A stretch of DNA of 60,664 nt, counting the filler. It is 6 parts of 6 records of this genome, joined end to end, with 100 filler letters (N's around TTAATTAATTAA, not from the genome) between each part and the next. Parts side by side here need not be neighbours in the genome. Positions count along the whole stretch, not along the records: positions 1 to 9,420 come from SRR31156797_13722; positions 9,521 to 26,021 come from SRR31156797_13727; 4 more parts are not named here. The stretch is one strand, 5' to 3'. Under the pieces are notes generated by a model, which did no database searches, was not told where the DNA came from, and worked only from the letters and a program-made list of their open reading frames with translations. Position numbers and translations under genes: made by a program. Numbering within the stretch: the first letter of the stretch is position 1; each line of letters begins with the position of its first letter. Positions 1 through 9,968 of this stretch are shown one piece after another.

Positions 1-126
1 CAGACGGAGCTGCAGAGCGCTTCCAAAAACGTACTGGACGAGAAATTCAACTATATTACCAATCTGCTGGACCTGGAGTATGCCCTGAACAGCGAGGACA
101 TCGCCGAACTGCTGGAGGAACAATGA
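1..126 (+). CDS. TolC-family outer membrane channel, C-terminal fragment (5' truncated)
   Basis: Frame 1 is open from the window start: QTELQSASKNVLDEKFNYITNLLDLEYALN...EEQ*. Its TGA overlaps the MFP ATG (ATGA), and it lies directly upstream of MFP+RND. Confidence 0.6.
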   Translation, partial: QTELQSASKNVLDEKFNYITNLLDLEYALNSEDIAELLEEQ

Positions 127-1109
127 GAAACAAGGAAAACCGGGACGGGGCTAACCCTTCTGAAAAGAGAAAGAAGTCAAGAGGAAGGATCCTCCTGATC
201 GCGTTACTGATCCTGATCGTTATCGCCGCCGTCGTCACGGTGGTGCTCGGAAACGGCAAAACCGGTCCCCGGAGGGGCGCTCCCGCAGCGGAAGAAACGG
301 GAGAAACGACCTTTGCCGTGACCGTCACCGATGCGGTGTCCGGGCAGATTAAGGACCTGCTGGAGGTAAACGGCGACGTGATCCCCGACAGCTCGGTCGA
401 CCTCTACGCCGACAACTCGGGAAAACTGTCCCGCCTCTACGTGGAACTGGGAGACTATGTGCGCAAAAACCAGGTGATCGCAGAGGTGGATCCCTCCAAA
501 CCGGGCATGTCCTATACGGCCAACCCCGTGAAGGCCCAGATCAGCGGAACCGTCACCAGCCTGCCCTTCGATATCGGCGACACCGTCAGCACCCAGGTCC
601 CCATCGCCACGGTGGGCCGGCTGCAGCGCCTCCAGGTGCGGACCTTTATCCCCGAACGCTTTATCGCCAGGATCAGTCTGGGTATGGAGGCCAATCTGGC
701 CTTCGAGGCCTATCCGGGAGAGGAGTTCAAGGCCGTTGTCACTGAGCTCAGCCCTGTGGTTGACGAGCTGTCCCGGACCATGGAGATCAAGATGAACCTC
801 CATGACGACAGCAAGAGGGTCAAGGCGGGAATGTACGCCAAGATCAGTCTGATCACCGAGGTGAAGGAAGGCATCGTCCGCGTTCCCTCGGACTGCATCC
901 TCGAACGTTTCGGCGAGACCTTCGTCTTCGTTATGGACGGAGGTGACAGGGCTGTAAAGAGAACCGTCAGCGAGGGGATCCGCATCGGGGGCGTCTCCGA
1001 GATCCTGAGCGGCCTGGAGGCGGGCGAGGTCGTCGTCTATCAGGGACAGACCCTTCTGGACGACGGTGCGGCGGTCAAGGTCGTCCGCACCGTTCAGCCC
1101 CTCAAGTGA
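123..1109 (+). CDS. RND efflux periplasmic adaptor (MFP), lacking the alpha-helical hairpin
   Basis: N-terminal TM anchor; lipoyl halves (GKLSRLYVELGDYVRKNQVIAEVD / PVKAQISGTV) joined by only ~10 aa; beta-barrel and membrane-proximal motifs (ISPVVD-like LSPVVD, VRVPSDCI, EILSGLEAGEVVV). Confidence 0.9.
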   Translation: MRNKENRDGANPSEKRKKSRGRILLIALLILIVIAAVVTVVLGNGKTGPRRGAPAAEETGETTFAVTVTDAVSGQIKDLLEVNGDVIPDSSVDLYADNSGKLSRLYVELGDYVRKNQVIAEVDPSKPGMSYTANPVKAQISGTVTSLPFDIGDTVSTQVPIATVGRLQRLQVRTFIPERFIARISLGMEANLAFEAYPGEEFKAVVTELSPVVDELSRTMEIKMNLHDDSKRVKAGMYAKISLITEVKEGIVRVPSDCILERFGETFVFVMDGGDRAVKRTVSEGIRIGGVSEILSGLEAGEVVVYQGQTLLDDGAAVKVVRTVQPLK

Positions 1110-1281
1110 TAAGCGTATGAATGGTGGACGCGTCAGGCCGCCCCGGACTCCGAGCCGCCTGTGCGGCCCATTCCGAGGCGAAGACCCGGCGCACACGCCC
1201 TTCGGTCGCTGCCTTTATCCGGCAATGCCCCGCCTGCGGCTCATTGCACCCATTATCATTAGCGAATAAGGAAGTAAGGAT

Positions 1282-4200
1282 ATGAGCGTATCCAGAACCA
1301 TAGTCAACCGTCCGACCACCGTGCTGGTCCTCTTCTCCATCCTGATCGGACTCGGACTCTACATCGTCCCGCAGATTCCCATCGATCTCTATCCGGAGAT
1401 CAACCCGCCCATCCTGGTGGTCTACACCACCTACGAGGGAGCGGGTCCGGAAGAGATAGAACAGACCACCACCCGCCTTCTGGAAGGGCAGATGGGAAAC
1501 GTCTCGGACGTCAAGGAGATCACCTCCACCTCCTCCGAGGGCCTGAGCATGATCATCCTGGAGTTCGGATGGGACACCAATCTCTCCGAGGCGGCCCAGG
1601 AGGTCCGGGATAAGCTGGAGTTCGTCAAGGACTACCTCCCCGAGGATGTGGACAGTCCCCAGATTTTCAAATTCGATCCCTCCATGATCCCCATCCTCTT
1701 TCTGGTGGTCCGGGGGAACCGGAGCCCTGAGGAGGTCCGCGACATCGCCGACGACCAGATCCTCCCCTACCTGGAGCAGATCCCCGGCGTCGCCACCACC
1801 GGACTCTACGGGGGCCGGGAGAAGGCGGTGCGGATCGAGATCTCCCAGAACCGCCTGGAGGCCTACGACCTGAGCCTGACAGGCGTGGCGGGCGTTCTGG
1901 CGGGGCAGAACCTTCAGATCGGTGCCGGTTCGGTGGAAGAGGGCTCCAAGAAGTACCTGGTCCGTACAGCCGGCGAGTACAAGAGCATTGAAGAAATAGC
2001 CAATACGGTGATCTCCTACAAGAGCTCGGGAGGCACCACCAGGGAGGTCCGCCTGCGCGACATCGCCACTGTGGAGGAGAGCTACAAGGACGCCACGAGC
2101 ACGGTCTTTATCAACGGCAAGCCCGGCGTCTACATCATCGTGCAGAAGCAGAGCGGGGTGAACTCACTGGAGACGGCGGACAGCGTCATCGCCAAGCTGG
2201 AGCAGATCAACGCCAACCTGCCCCAGGACATGAACGTCTCCGTCATGAATAACACGACCAAGATGATCCGGGGCTCCCTGCAGCAGGTGACCAGCTCCGC
2301 CGCCATCGGAGCCGCCCTGGCCATGATCATCCTCTTCCTCTTCCTCAGGAGCATCAAAAGCACCATCATCATCGGCCTGTCCATCCCCATCTCCCTGCTG
2401 GTGACCATCATGTTCATGTACCTTGCCGGACTGACCCTCAACCTGATCACCCTGGCGGGGCTGACGCTGGGGGTCGGAATGATCGTGGACAGCTCCATCG
2501 TTATCCTGGAGAATATCTTCCGCTACCGCCAGAAGGGAGCCAAGCTCAAACCCTCGGCGATCCTGGGCTCTCAGGAGATGTTCACCGCCATCGTGGCGTC
2601 CACCCTGACCACGGTCTGCGTCTTCCTGCCGGTGATCATGTTCAAGAAGGAGCTGGAGATGATCGGCGTCCTCTTCCAGGACCTGGCCTTTACCATCATC
2701 ATAGCCCTGTTGACATCCCTGCTGGTGGCCATCACCCTGGTCCCCGTCCTGGCCAGCCAGTACATCACCATCTACACCCGGAAGCAGCGTCCCCTGCGCC
2801 TGGGCCTCACGAGAAGGATCGACGACGGCATGGACCGGTTCTTCACGAACATGGACAACGGCTACAAGAAGATCCTGGCGGTCTGCCTGGACAACAAGCT
2901 TCTCACCGTCCTGATCATAATCGCCCTCTTCGCATGGAGCATTCTGATGTTTCCCACCATAGGAATCAACTTCATGCCAGACAGCGAAGAGGACTCCATC
3001 ACCCTCAACCTCTCCATGCCCATAGGAACCCGCCTGGGACTGACCGAGGAGTATATGGCCCAGATGGCCCGGATCGCGTCGGAAGAGATAGAAAGCTATC
3101 AGGACATCATCGTGGCCAACGGAACGGAGGGGGGATTCCTGGCCTCCGACGAAAGCCACAAAGGCTCCATGACCATAACCCTGAAAAGCTTCGACCGGAG
3201 AACCGAGAGCAACGACGAAATCAAGGAGAAATTGCGCAAGCACTTCGAAAAATTCCCTTCGGCGGATTTCAGCTTCGGCCAGCAGGATCAGGGAGGAGGC
3301 AGCGCCTCGCCCATCGATATCGTGATCAAGACGGAGGACCTGGCAAAGGCCAAGGCCATCGCCGACAGGATACGGGAACTCCTGATAGACGAGCTGCCCG
3401 AGGTCACCGAGCCGGAGGTCAGCCTTGTGGAGGGGCTCCCCCAGGCCGAGATCATTGTAGACAGGGAGAAGGCGGCGTCTCTGGGGCTTTCCATCAGCAC
3501 CATAGGCAATGAGATAGCCGCCAATGTGGACGGCAAGACCGCCTCCCGTTACCGCGTGGGGGGAGACGAGTACGACATCATGGTCATCCTGGAGGAGCAG
3601 GACCGCAGCGCCATCCCCGACCTGGAGAAGATCTTTATGATCAATTCCATGGGCAGGCGCGTCCCCCTCTCCAGCGTAGCCCGGATAGAGAAGACCTCGG
3701 GACCCGTGGATATCTCCCGTGAGGATCAGGCCCGGGTGGTCCATGTGACCGGCGGCCTCAAGCCGGGACACCCGGCAAACAAAGTGGAGCCCCTGGTCAG
3801 GCAGCTGATCAAGGAGAACATCGTGGCCGACGAATCGGTGGTCATAGATTTCAGCGGGGACTACGCGGAGATCCAGTCCTATATCTTCAAATTCGCGGTG
3901 ATCATGACCATCGCCGTGGCCTTGGTTTTCGGTGTCATGGCCAGCCAGTTCGAGTCCCTGCGCGATCCCTTTATCATCTTCTTCACCATCCCCCTGATGG
4001 CCATCGGAATCGTCTTTCTCTACAAGCTGACCGGCGAGGCCTTGAGCATGTACTCCGCCGTGGGGGTGGTCATGCTGGCGGGCATCGTCGTCAACAACGG
4101 CATCGTCATGGTGGACTACACCAACCTGCTGAGGGAGAGGGGGCTGTGCATCCGGGACGCCTGTATCGAGGCAGGGGGCAACAGACTCCGTCCCGTGCTG

Positions 4201-4461
4201 ATGACAAGCCTCACCACCATCCTGGGGATGTTGCCCATGGCCTTCTCTTCGGGACAGGGATCGGAATTGGTCAAACCCTTCGGACAGACCGTCGTGGGGG
4301 GCCTGACCATGAGCACGGTGCTGACCCTCTTCCTGGTGCCCGTGCTCTATGCCGTGTTCAACAGGAAGCATAAGAGCAACGGCGGCGAGTGCAACGACCC
4401 TGAGGATTTTCTGACCCTCAGCGCCGGAAGCCTTGAAACACCCGAAGGAGCAGAATCATGA
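1282..4461 (+). CDS. AcrB/AcrD/AcrF-family RND transporter
   Basis: 1059 aa, 12-TM RND layout; GMIVDSSIVILENI, GIVVNNGIVMVD and RLRPVLMTSLTTILGMLP motifs. Confidence 0.95.
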   Translation: MSVSRTIVNRPTTVLVLFSILIGLGLYIVPQIPIDLYPEINPPILVVYTTYEGAGPEEIEQTTTRLLEGQMGNVSDVKEITSTSSEGLSMIILEFGWDTNLSEAAQEVRDKLEFVKDYLPEDVDSPQIFKFDPSMIPILFLVVRGNRSPEEVRDIADDQILPYLEQIPGVATTGLYGGREKAVRIEISQNRLEAYDLSLTGVAGVLAGQNLQIGAGSVEEGSKKYLVRTAGEYKSIEEIANTVISYKSSGGTTREVRLRDIATVEESYKDATSTVFINGKPGVYIIVQKQSGVNSLETADSVIAKLEQINANLPQDMNVSVMNNTTKMIRGSLQQVTSSAAIGAALAMIILFLFLRSIKSTIIIGLSIPISLLVTIMFMYLAGLTLNLITLAGLTLGVGMIVDSSIVILENIFRYRQKGAKLKPSAILGSQEMFTAIVASTLTTVCVFLPVIMFKKELEMIGVLFQDLAFTIIIALLTSLLVAITLVPVLASQYITIYTRKQRPLRLGLTRRIDDGMDRFFTNMDNGYKKILAVCLDNKLLTVLIIIALFAWSILMFPTIGINFMPDSEEDSITLNLSMPIGTRLGLTEEYMAQMARIASEEIESYQDIIVANGTEGGFLASDESHKGSMTITLKSFDRRTESNDEIKEKLRKHFEKFPSADFSFGQQDQGGGSASPIDIVIKTEDLAKAKAIADRIRELLIDELPEVTEPEVSLVEGLPQAEIIVDREKAASLGLSISTIGNEIAANVDGKTASRYRVGGDEYDIMVILEEQDRSAIPDLEKIFMINSMGRRVPLSSVARIEKTSGPVDISREDQARVVHVTGGLKPGHPANKVEPLVRQLIKENIVADESVVIDFSGDYAEIQSYIFKFAVIMTIAVALVFGVMASQFESLRDPFIIFFTIPLMAIGIVFLYKLTGEALSMYSAVGVVMLAGIVVNNGIVMVDYTNLLRERGLCIRDACIEAGGNRLRPVLMTSLTTILGMLPMAFSSGQGSELVKPFGQTVVGGLTMSTVLTLFLVPVLYAVFNRKHKSNGGECNDPEDFLTLSAGSLETPEGAES

Positions 4462-4736
4462 AGCGTCTTGAGATCATCGTCAACCAGTCCATCGAAGCGG
4501 ACCTCTTCGAGGCCTTTCGCCGCCGCTCGGCGGGCAGCCATTTCACAAAGATCCCCGGAGCCATGGGAGCGGGGAACTCGGACCCCAAGATGGGTGACCA
4601 TATCTGGCCTGAAGAGAACGTCATCCTGATCATCTACTGCGGGGATGAAGAGGCGGCCCGGATCGAGGACGCCGTTGCCGAGACCAAGGAGCACTTCCCC
4701 TCGGAGGGACTGAAGCTCTTTACCATGAACGGCTGA
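4458..4736 (+). CDS. PII-like transporter-associated small protein (PG0541-like)
   Basis: 92 aa overlapping the RND stop (ATGA); PII-type pattern MKRLEII...FTKIPGAMGAG...GDHIWPEEN. Confidence 0.7.
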   Translation: MKRLEIIVNQSIEADLFEAFRRRSAGSHFTKIPGAMGAGNSDPKMGDHIWPEENVILIIYCGDEEAARIEDAVAETKEHFPSEGLKLFTMNG

Positions 4737-4780
4737 GCCCCAGCCGAAGGAGCATCCCCTCTCGGGGGGATGACTCTTCC

Positions 4781-4809
4781 TTGCCAGTTCCCACCCCTAA
4801 TGATACAAT
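4781..4809 (+). promoter_or_regulatory. sigma70-type promoter of the ABC operon
   Basis: TTGCCA-17 bp-TACAAT with extended -10 TG; GGAGG RBS and TTG start follow. Confidence 0.65.
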
Positions 4810-4855
4810 TCCCCCGCCAAGAACAGTTATAAAATAATCCTCCGGGAGGACGACA

Positions 4856-5830
4856 TTGATAAAAGCGATTGATCTGACGAAACGCTATGGAAAGCATACG
4901 GCGGTCAACGGCATCAACTTTGAGATAGGCAAAGGGGAGATCATCGGATTTCTCGGGCCCAACGGTGCCGGCAAATCGACGACCATGAATATGATAACAG
5001 GCTATATTGCCCCTACAGACGGCAAGATCCTGGTAGACGGGATGGATATCCTGGAAGAACCGGAGGAAACCCGGTCCAGAATAGGATACCTTCCCGAGCA
5101 CCCGCCCCTCTATATGGACATGACGGTCAACGAATACCTGACCTTCGCCGGAGAGCTGAAAAAGGTCGGCCGGACCCAGATGAAACAGGACCTGGACAGG
5201 ATCACCGAACTGGTGAAGATCGGCGATGTGAGAAAGCGCCTGATCAGGAACCTCTCCAAGGGTTACAGGCAGAGGGTCGGCCTGGCCCAGGCCCTCCTCG
5301 GGAATCCCCAGCTCCTTATCCTGGACGAGCCCACGGTGGGGCTGGATCCCAAGCAGATCATAGAGATCCGGAACCTGATCAGGGAGCTCAGCGACGACCA
5401 TACCATCGTCTTGAGTTCCCATATTCTGCCGGAGATATCGGCGGTGTGCGACAGGGTCCTTATCATCGACAAGGGAAATATCGTCGCCAAGGACAGCCCC
5501 GAAAACCTGGCGAAGGAACTGACGGGCATGCACAAACTCCATCTCAGGGTGAAAGGGACGGAACAGCTGATCCGCAGCGCCCTGGAGCCCATGGGCTTCC
5601 TGAAGGAGTTCCGCCTGGAGAGCTCCGGCGAGGAAGGGGCCCTCAACCTGGTGGTGGAAGCCGCCCGGGAAGAAGACATCCGGGAAGAGGTCTTCTACGC
5701 CCTGGCGGAGAAGCGCTGCCCCATACTTCAGATGCGCCCCCTGGATATGACCCTGGAGGAGATTTTCCTTAATCTGACCACCGTGGAAAGCTCTTCGTCA
5801 ACGAACTCAGAGAGCGAAGGAGAGCTTTAA
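4856..5830 (+). CDS. ABC transporter ATP-binding protein (GldA-like)
   Basis: Walker A GPNGAGKST, signature LSKGYRQRVGLA, Walker B LILDEPTVGLDP; TTG start after GGAGG. Confidence 0.9.
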   Translation: MIKAIDLTKRYGKHTAVNGINFEIGKGEIIGFLGPNGAGKSTTMNMITGYIAPTDGKILVDGMDILEEPEETRSRIGYLPEHPPLYMDMTVNEYLTFAGELKKVGRTQMKQDLDRITELVKIGDVRKRLIRNLSKGYRQRVGLAQALLGNPQLLILDEPTVGLDPKQIIEIRNLIRELSDDHTIVLSSHILPEISAVCDRVLIIDKGNIVAKDSPENLAKELTGMHKLHLRVKGTEQLIRSALEPMGFLKEFRLESSGEEGALNLVVEAAREEDIREEVFYALAEKRCPILQMRPLDMTLEEIFLNLTTVESSSSTNSESEGEL

Positions 5831-6693
5831 TGTTTGCCGTATTCAAGAAAGAGATGCTGACCTACTTCACCACATCGGTGGGGTATATCTTTATGGCCGT
5901 GTTCCTGCTCATATCGGGAATACTCTTCACCGTGGGGAACATCTTCTCCATGAACTCCGATTACGCCTCCTTTATGGGGAGCCTGATCATGATCTTCCTG
6001 CTGGTGGTTCCCCTGCTGACCATGAAGATCTTCAGCGAAGAGAAGAGGCAGAAGACCGACCAGCTGTTGCTGACCTCTCCCCGCCCCGTGGCGTCGGTTG
6101 TGCTCGGCAAGTTCCTGGCCGCCGCCGCCCTCTTCCTGATGACCCTTCTGATCACCGGGCTCTACCCCCTTCTCCTGTCCTTTCACGGAAGGATGGATGC
6201 GGCCCAAATCATGGGGACCTACATCGGGTTCTTCCTGCTGGGATGCGCCTTCATCTCCATAGGGATCTACATCTCGAGCCTGACTGAAAGCCAGGCGGGA
6301 GCGGCCATCCTGACCTTCTGCATGCTGATCGTCACCTGGATCATCGACTTCCTGGGCGGCTTCATGCCCGTCAGCATCGTCTCCGGACTGATCTTCGCCC
6401 TCCTGATCACAGCCCTGACGGCCCTGTGGATGTACAACGCCACCAAGAACATACCCGCCGCGGCCCTGCCGGTTATCGCCGGCCTGGTCATTATCACGGG
6501 GATCTATCTGATCAACAGGGACCTTTACATCAACCTGATAGGCAAGACCCTGTCCTGGTTCTCCCTGACCAAGCGCTTTGCCAACTTCCCCATGGGCATA
6601 CTCAAGCTGAACGCCCTGATCTACTACCTCTCCTTCACCGGTTTCTTCCTCTTTCTGACCGCCGGCAGGATCGAGAAACAGAGATGGAGCTAA
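5830..6693 (+). CDS. ABC-2 type permease (GldF-like)
   Basis: Multi-TM; PLLTMKIFSEEKRQKTDQLLLTSP motif typical of GldF-like permeases. Confidence 0.85.
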   Translation: MFAVFKKEMLTYFTTSVGYIFMAVFLLISGILFTVGNIFSMNSDYASFMGSLIMIFLLVVPLLTMKIFSEEKRQKTDQLLLTSPRPVASVVLGKFLAAAALFLMTLLITGLYPLLLSFHGRMDAAQIMGTYIGFFLLGCAFISIGIYISSLTESQAGAAILTFCMLIVTWIIDFLGGFMPVSIVSGLIFALLITALTALWMYNATKNIPAAALPVIAGLVIITGIYLINRDLYINLIGKTLSWFSLTKRFANFPMGILKLNALIYYLSFTGFFLFLTAGRIEKQRWS

Positions 6694-6704
6694 GGAGAGA
6701 CACA

Positions 6705-8141
6705 ATGAACCTGAAATTAAACTTCAAAGCCCGCCATGCCGGTATGGCGGCCCTGGTAAACGTAGCCGTTCTGGGGGCCCTGGTGCTCTTCAATCTCCTG
6801 GTCCAGAACATCCCCGCCCAATGGGACATGACCCGGAAGAAGCTCTTCTCCCTGACAGAGCCCACCCTGGAGCTGATCGAATCATTGGACAGGGAGATCA
6901 TGATCTATCTGCTGGCCGTTCCCGGACAGGAGCCCAAAGACATCCGGGAGGTACTGGAACGCTATGCGGGCGCCTCTTCCCTCATCCATCTGGAGACCCT
7001 CGATCCCGACAGGAACCCTGGCCTGATAGAGCGCTACAGCGAAGAGGGACAGACCGTCGCCGACGGCAGCGTCATCGTCGCCTCGGGAGAGCACTCCCGG
7101 ATCATAGACAGGATGGACCTGTACAGCGTCAGCCGGAACCAGCAGGGCCAGGCCCAGGTGCTGGGCATGACCGTCGAACAGCGCGTCAGTTCCGCCCTCT
7201 CCTACGTGACCACGGGAAGGGAACCGAAGATCTATGTGCTGGAGGGACATAACGAGTACTCACTGGAAGCCCTGAGTCTGGAGACGGTGATCAAAAAGGC
7301 CAACTACAGCGTGGCCTCGCTGAACCTTCTGAAGATGGGCAAGGTCCCGGCCGACGCGGACGCGGTCCTCATCCTCTCCCCGGACTGGGACATCACCGGC
7401 AATGAGTCAGATGCCCTGGGAGCCTATCTGGAGGAAGGGGGCTCCCTCTTCGTCTCCCTGGATCTGAGCGACACGGACATGCGCCATACCCTGGACCTTC
7501 TGGAGCGCTACAACCTGGAGCTGATGCACGGCATCGTCATGGAAAAGGATACGAACCGGCTCCTGGCGGGAATGGGCAACAACACCATCTTCTTCTCCCC
7601 CCGTATGGCGGAGGACAATCCCATAACCGATCCACTGACAGAGAACAAGCTGGACGCCTTCGTCTTTACGGCCATGGGAATCAAGGAGACGGCCACACGG
7701 AAACGGAACCTTGAGTTCACCCCTCTGCTCAGCTCCTCCAAAAGCAGCTGGCTCCGCCAGGACATGAGCAACGCCTCCGAGTTCAGGACCGCTTCGGATA
7801 TCCCCGGCCCCATCACCGTAGCCGCCTCGCTGGCCCGGATAGACAGGGATACGGGCAAGAAAGAGGGAGCGCGGATCGTCATCCTGTCCAGCGGAAACTC
7901 CCTGGCCTCCATGCCCGGACTGGGACAGATAAAGGCCAATATCGAGTTCCTCGTCAGCAGCCTCGGCTGGCTGACCGGCCAGGAGGACGCCGTCACCATC
8001 TCCAGCAAAAGCCTCTTCCGCCTGCCCCTGAGACTGACGGCCACCCAGGCCTGGATCTACGCGGGGATCTGTATGATCCTCATCCCCCTGATCATAATCG
8101 TCACCGCATCGGTCGTACTGATCCGGAGGAAACAGCTTTGA
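6705..8141 (+). CDS. ABC transporter auxiliary component (GldG-like)
   Basis: Start placed at ATG 6705 after AAGGAG (ORF track start 6426 is too long); WDMTRKKLFSL, IYVLEGHNE, N- and C-terminal TM helices. Confidence 0.8.
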   Translation: MNLKLNFKARHAGMAALVNVAVLGALVLFNLLVQNIPAQWDMTRKKLFSLTEPTLELIESLDREIMIYLLAVPGQEPKDIREVLERYAGASSLIHLETLDPDRNPGLIERYSEEGQTVADGSVIVASGEHSRIIDRMDLYSVSRNQQGQAQVLGMTVEQRVSSALSYVTTGREPKIYVLEGHNEYSLEALSLETVIKKANYSVASLNLLKMGKVPADADAVLILSPDWDITGNESDALGAYLEEGGSLFVSLDLSDTDMRHTLDLLERYNLELMHGIVMEKDTNRLLAGMGNNTIFFSPRMAEDNPITDPLTENKLDAFVFTAMGIKETATRKRNLEFTPLLSSSKSSWLRQDMSNASEFRTASDIPGPITVAASLARIDRDTGKKEGARIVILSSGNSLASMPGLGQIKANIEFLVSSLGWLTGQEDAVTISSKSLFRLPLRLTATQAWIYAGICMILIPLIIIVTASVVLIRRKQL

Positions 8142-9420
8142 AGAAACGAAAACAACTCTATACGGCCCTGGCGGTCCTCGTCGTCCTGGCGGCGGGATCT
8201 CTGATCCTCAGGGGCCGCGATAAAGACGCTGCGGAAACAGCGGCTCCCGCAGCGCCCGTCGAGATCTTCGAACTGACGAATATCGCCGAAGACGAGCTGG
8301 CCTCCCTGAGGGTGGAAAACAGCTCAGGGGGCTATACCCTTATACCGGGGGACGGAGGTTTCGCCCTTGAGAACGGGAAGAGGCCCCTGAACCAGAACGC
8401 AGCCGCGGGGATCGCCTACACCCTCCGCTCCCTGAAAAGCCCGGAAAGGCTGGAGAAGTCCATCGACAATCCCTCCGATTACGGCCTGGATAAGCCGTCC
8501 GTACTCCTCACCCTGGTCAAGAGGGACGGAGGACGCGACGTTATCAGGCTGGGTAGGACCACCCCCTCGGGGTCGGACTTCTACTGCATGAAGGAAGGCG
8601 ACCCCGCCCTCTATGTGCTGCCGTCCTACCTCTCCCAGGGGATGACGGCTCCCGCGACGGTGCTTTACGACCGCAGCCTTCCCGGGATCAACCTTCAGGA
8701 ACTGCAGCGTATGACCATAAGGGGAGAACGGACCATAGACATCGTTCCCTACTTCCCCTTCGAAGCCCTTCCCAGCAGTCTCGGCACCCTGCTGATGGTA
8801 AAACCCTACGCCCGGCCCGTGTCGGTGAACGGACAGAGCTACGGCGAGAATCTGGAGCTTTTCGCCAAGAACTTTCAGATCCTGGACTTCGCCGAAGAGG
8901 GAGAGGAAACGGGTCTTTCCGGAGAAAAGGCCGCCGGAGGCGAGCTTTATCTGCAGGACATGGCCGGAGCGGAATTGACCATTCGCTTCGGCGAGACGAC
9001 GGAGGACGGCTCTCAGGTCTACTGCCGGATATCGGGACGCGAGGGAATCGTCACCATCCCTGCAGAGGCGGCCTCGCTGATGCGGCTCACCCCCTTCGAT
9101 CTGTCTGACCATTTCGTCCGGCTGATCGCCATAGACAGCATCAGCGCCTTCTCCATCAGCACACCCGATGAGAGCTGGGAGGGAACCCTGCGTTACCTGG
9201 ACGAGGAGAAACAGACGGGAGAGTACAGCTTCCAGGGCAAGGCTGTCGAAGAGGATCATTTCAAGAAACTCTATCAGGAGATCCTCTACCTTCTGTTCGA
9301 GGGAGAGATCGGAGCGGAATTCACTCCCGCCGGAGATCCTCAGTTCACCCTGAGCTATACGGGGATTGACGGCCGGGCCCGGACAGGCGCAGATTTCTAT
9401 GAGTTCGACAGGGATTATTA
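8138..9420 (+). CDS. DUF4340-like membrane-anchored protein (3' truncated)
   Basis: N-terminal TM, DYGLDKP motif and repeated domain; usual fourth gene of GldAFG-like modules; runs into the spacer. Confidence 0.65.
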
Positions 9421-9520
9421 NNNNNNNNNNNNNNNNNNNNNNNNNNNNNNNNNNNNNNNNNNNNTTAATTAATTAANNNNNNNNNNNNNNNNNNNNNNNN
9501 NNNNNNNNNNNNNNNNNNNN
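9421..9520. other. Artificial contig spacer
   Basis: N-run with central TTAATTAATTAA (stop codons in all six frames); base composition and gene content change across it. Confidence 0.98.
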
Positions 9521-9550
9521 AAAAAACGGAGCCAATTGGCTCCGTTTTTT
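9521..9550 (-). terminator. Rho-independent terminator after rplS
   Basis: Perfect inverted repeat AAAAAACGGAGCCAATTGGCTCCGTTTTTT. Confidence 0.85.
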
Positions 9551-9573
9551 CTATGAGAATGCGACTTGAAGCA

Positions 9574-9927
9574 TTACTTCTTAGCAAGTTTCTCTTTAAT
9601 ACGAGCAGACTTACCAGAACGCTCACGCAGGTAGTACAACTTGGCACGACGTACTGCACCGCGACGTTTAACTTCAATTCCGCCGATAGCAGGAGAGTGA
9701 GTTTGGAACGTACGTTCAACACCTTCACCGTTAGAAATCTTACGTACAGTGAATGCTGAGTGTAGACCACGGTTACGGATAGCGATTACAACACCTTCGA
9801 ATGCCTGTAGACGCTCACGTTCACCTTCTTTTACCTTAACTTGAACGATAACAGTGTCACCTGGTGCAAATTTAGGTAGGTCTTGTTTCATTTGCTCTTG
9901 CTCAAGAGCTTTGATGATGTTACTCAT
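9574..9927 (-). CDS. rplS: 50S ribosomal protein L19
   Basis: [14 protein letters not shown]...[14 protein letters not shown]; last gene of the rpsP operon. Confidence 0.99.
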   Translation of the reverse strand: MSNIIKALEQEQMKQDLPKFAPGDTVIVQVKVKEGERERLQAFEGVVIAIRNRGLHSAFTVRKISNGEGVERTFQTHSPAIGGIEVKRRGAVRRAKLYYLRERSGKSARIKEKLAKK

Positions 9928-9968
9928 TTTTTAAATTCCTAGAATAAACTGATACTAAATTTAATAGG

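Noticed and set aside
204-4371. Long minus-strand ORFs (204-1196, 2164-4371) and similar ones at 4634-5542, 5827-6705 and 8324-9259
   Set aside because: Antisense shadows of well-supported genes in GC-rich DNA; no recognisable motifs.
6426-6704. N-terminal extensions in the ORF track (also 10713-10787, 26692-26727, 41478-41522)
   Set aside because: They overlap upstream genes or precede clear RBS-linked starts; downstream ATGs were chosen.
9421-9520. Repeated TTAATTAATTAA motif and ORFs running into N-runs
   Set aside because: Artificial linker, not a biological repeat.
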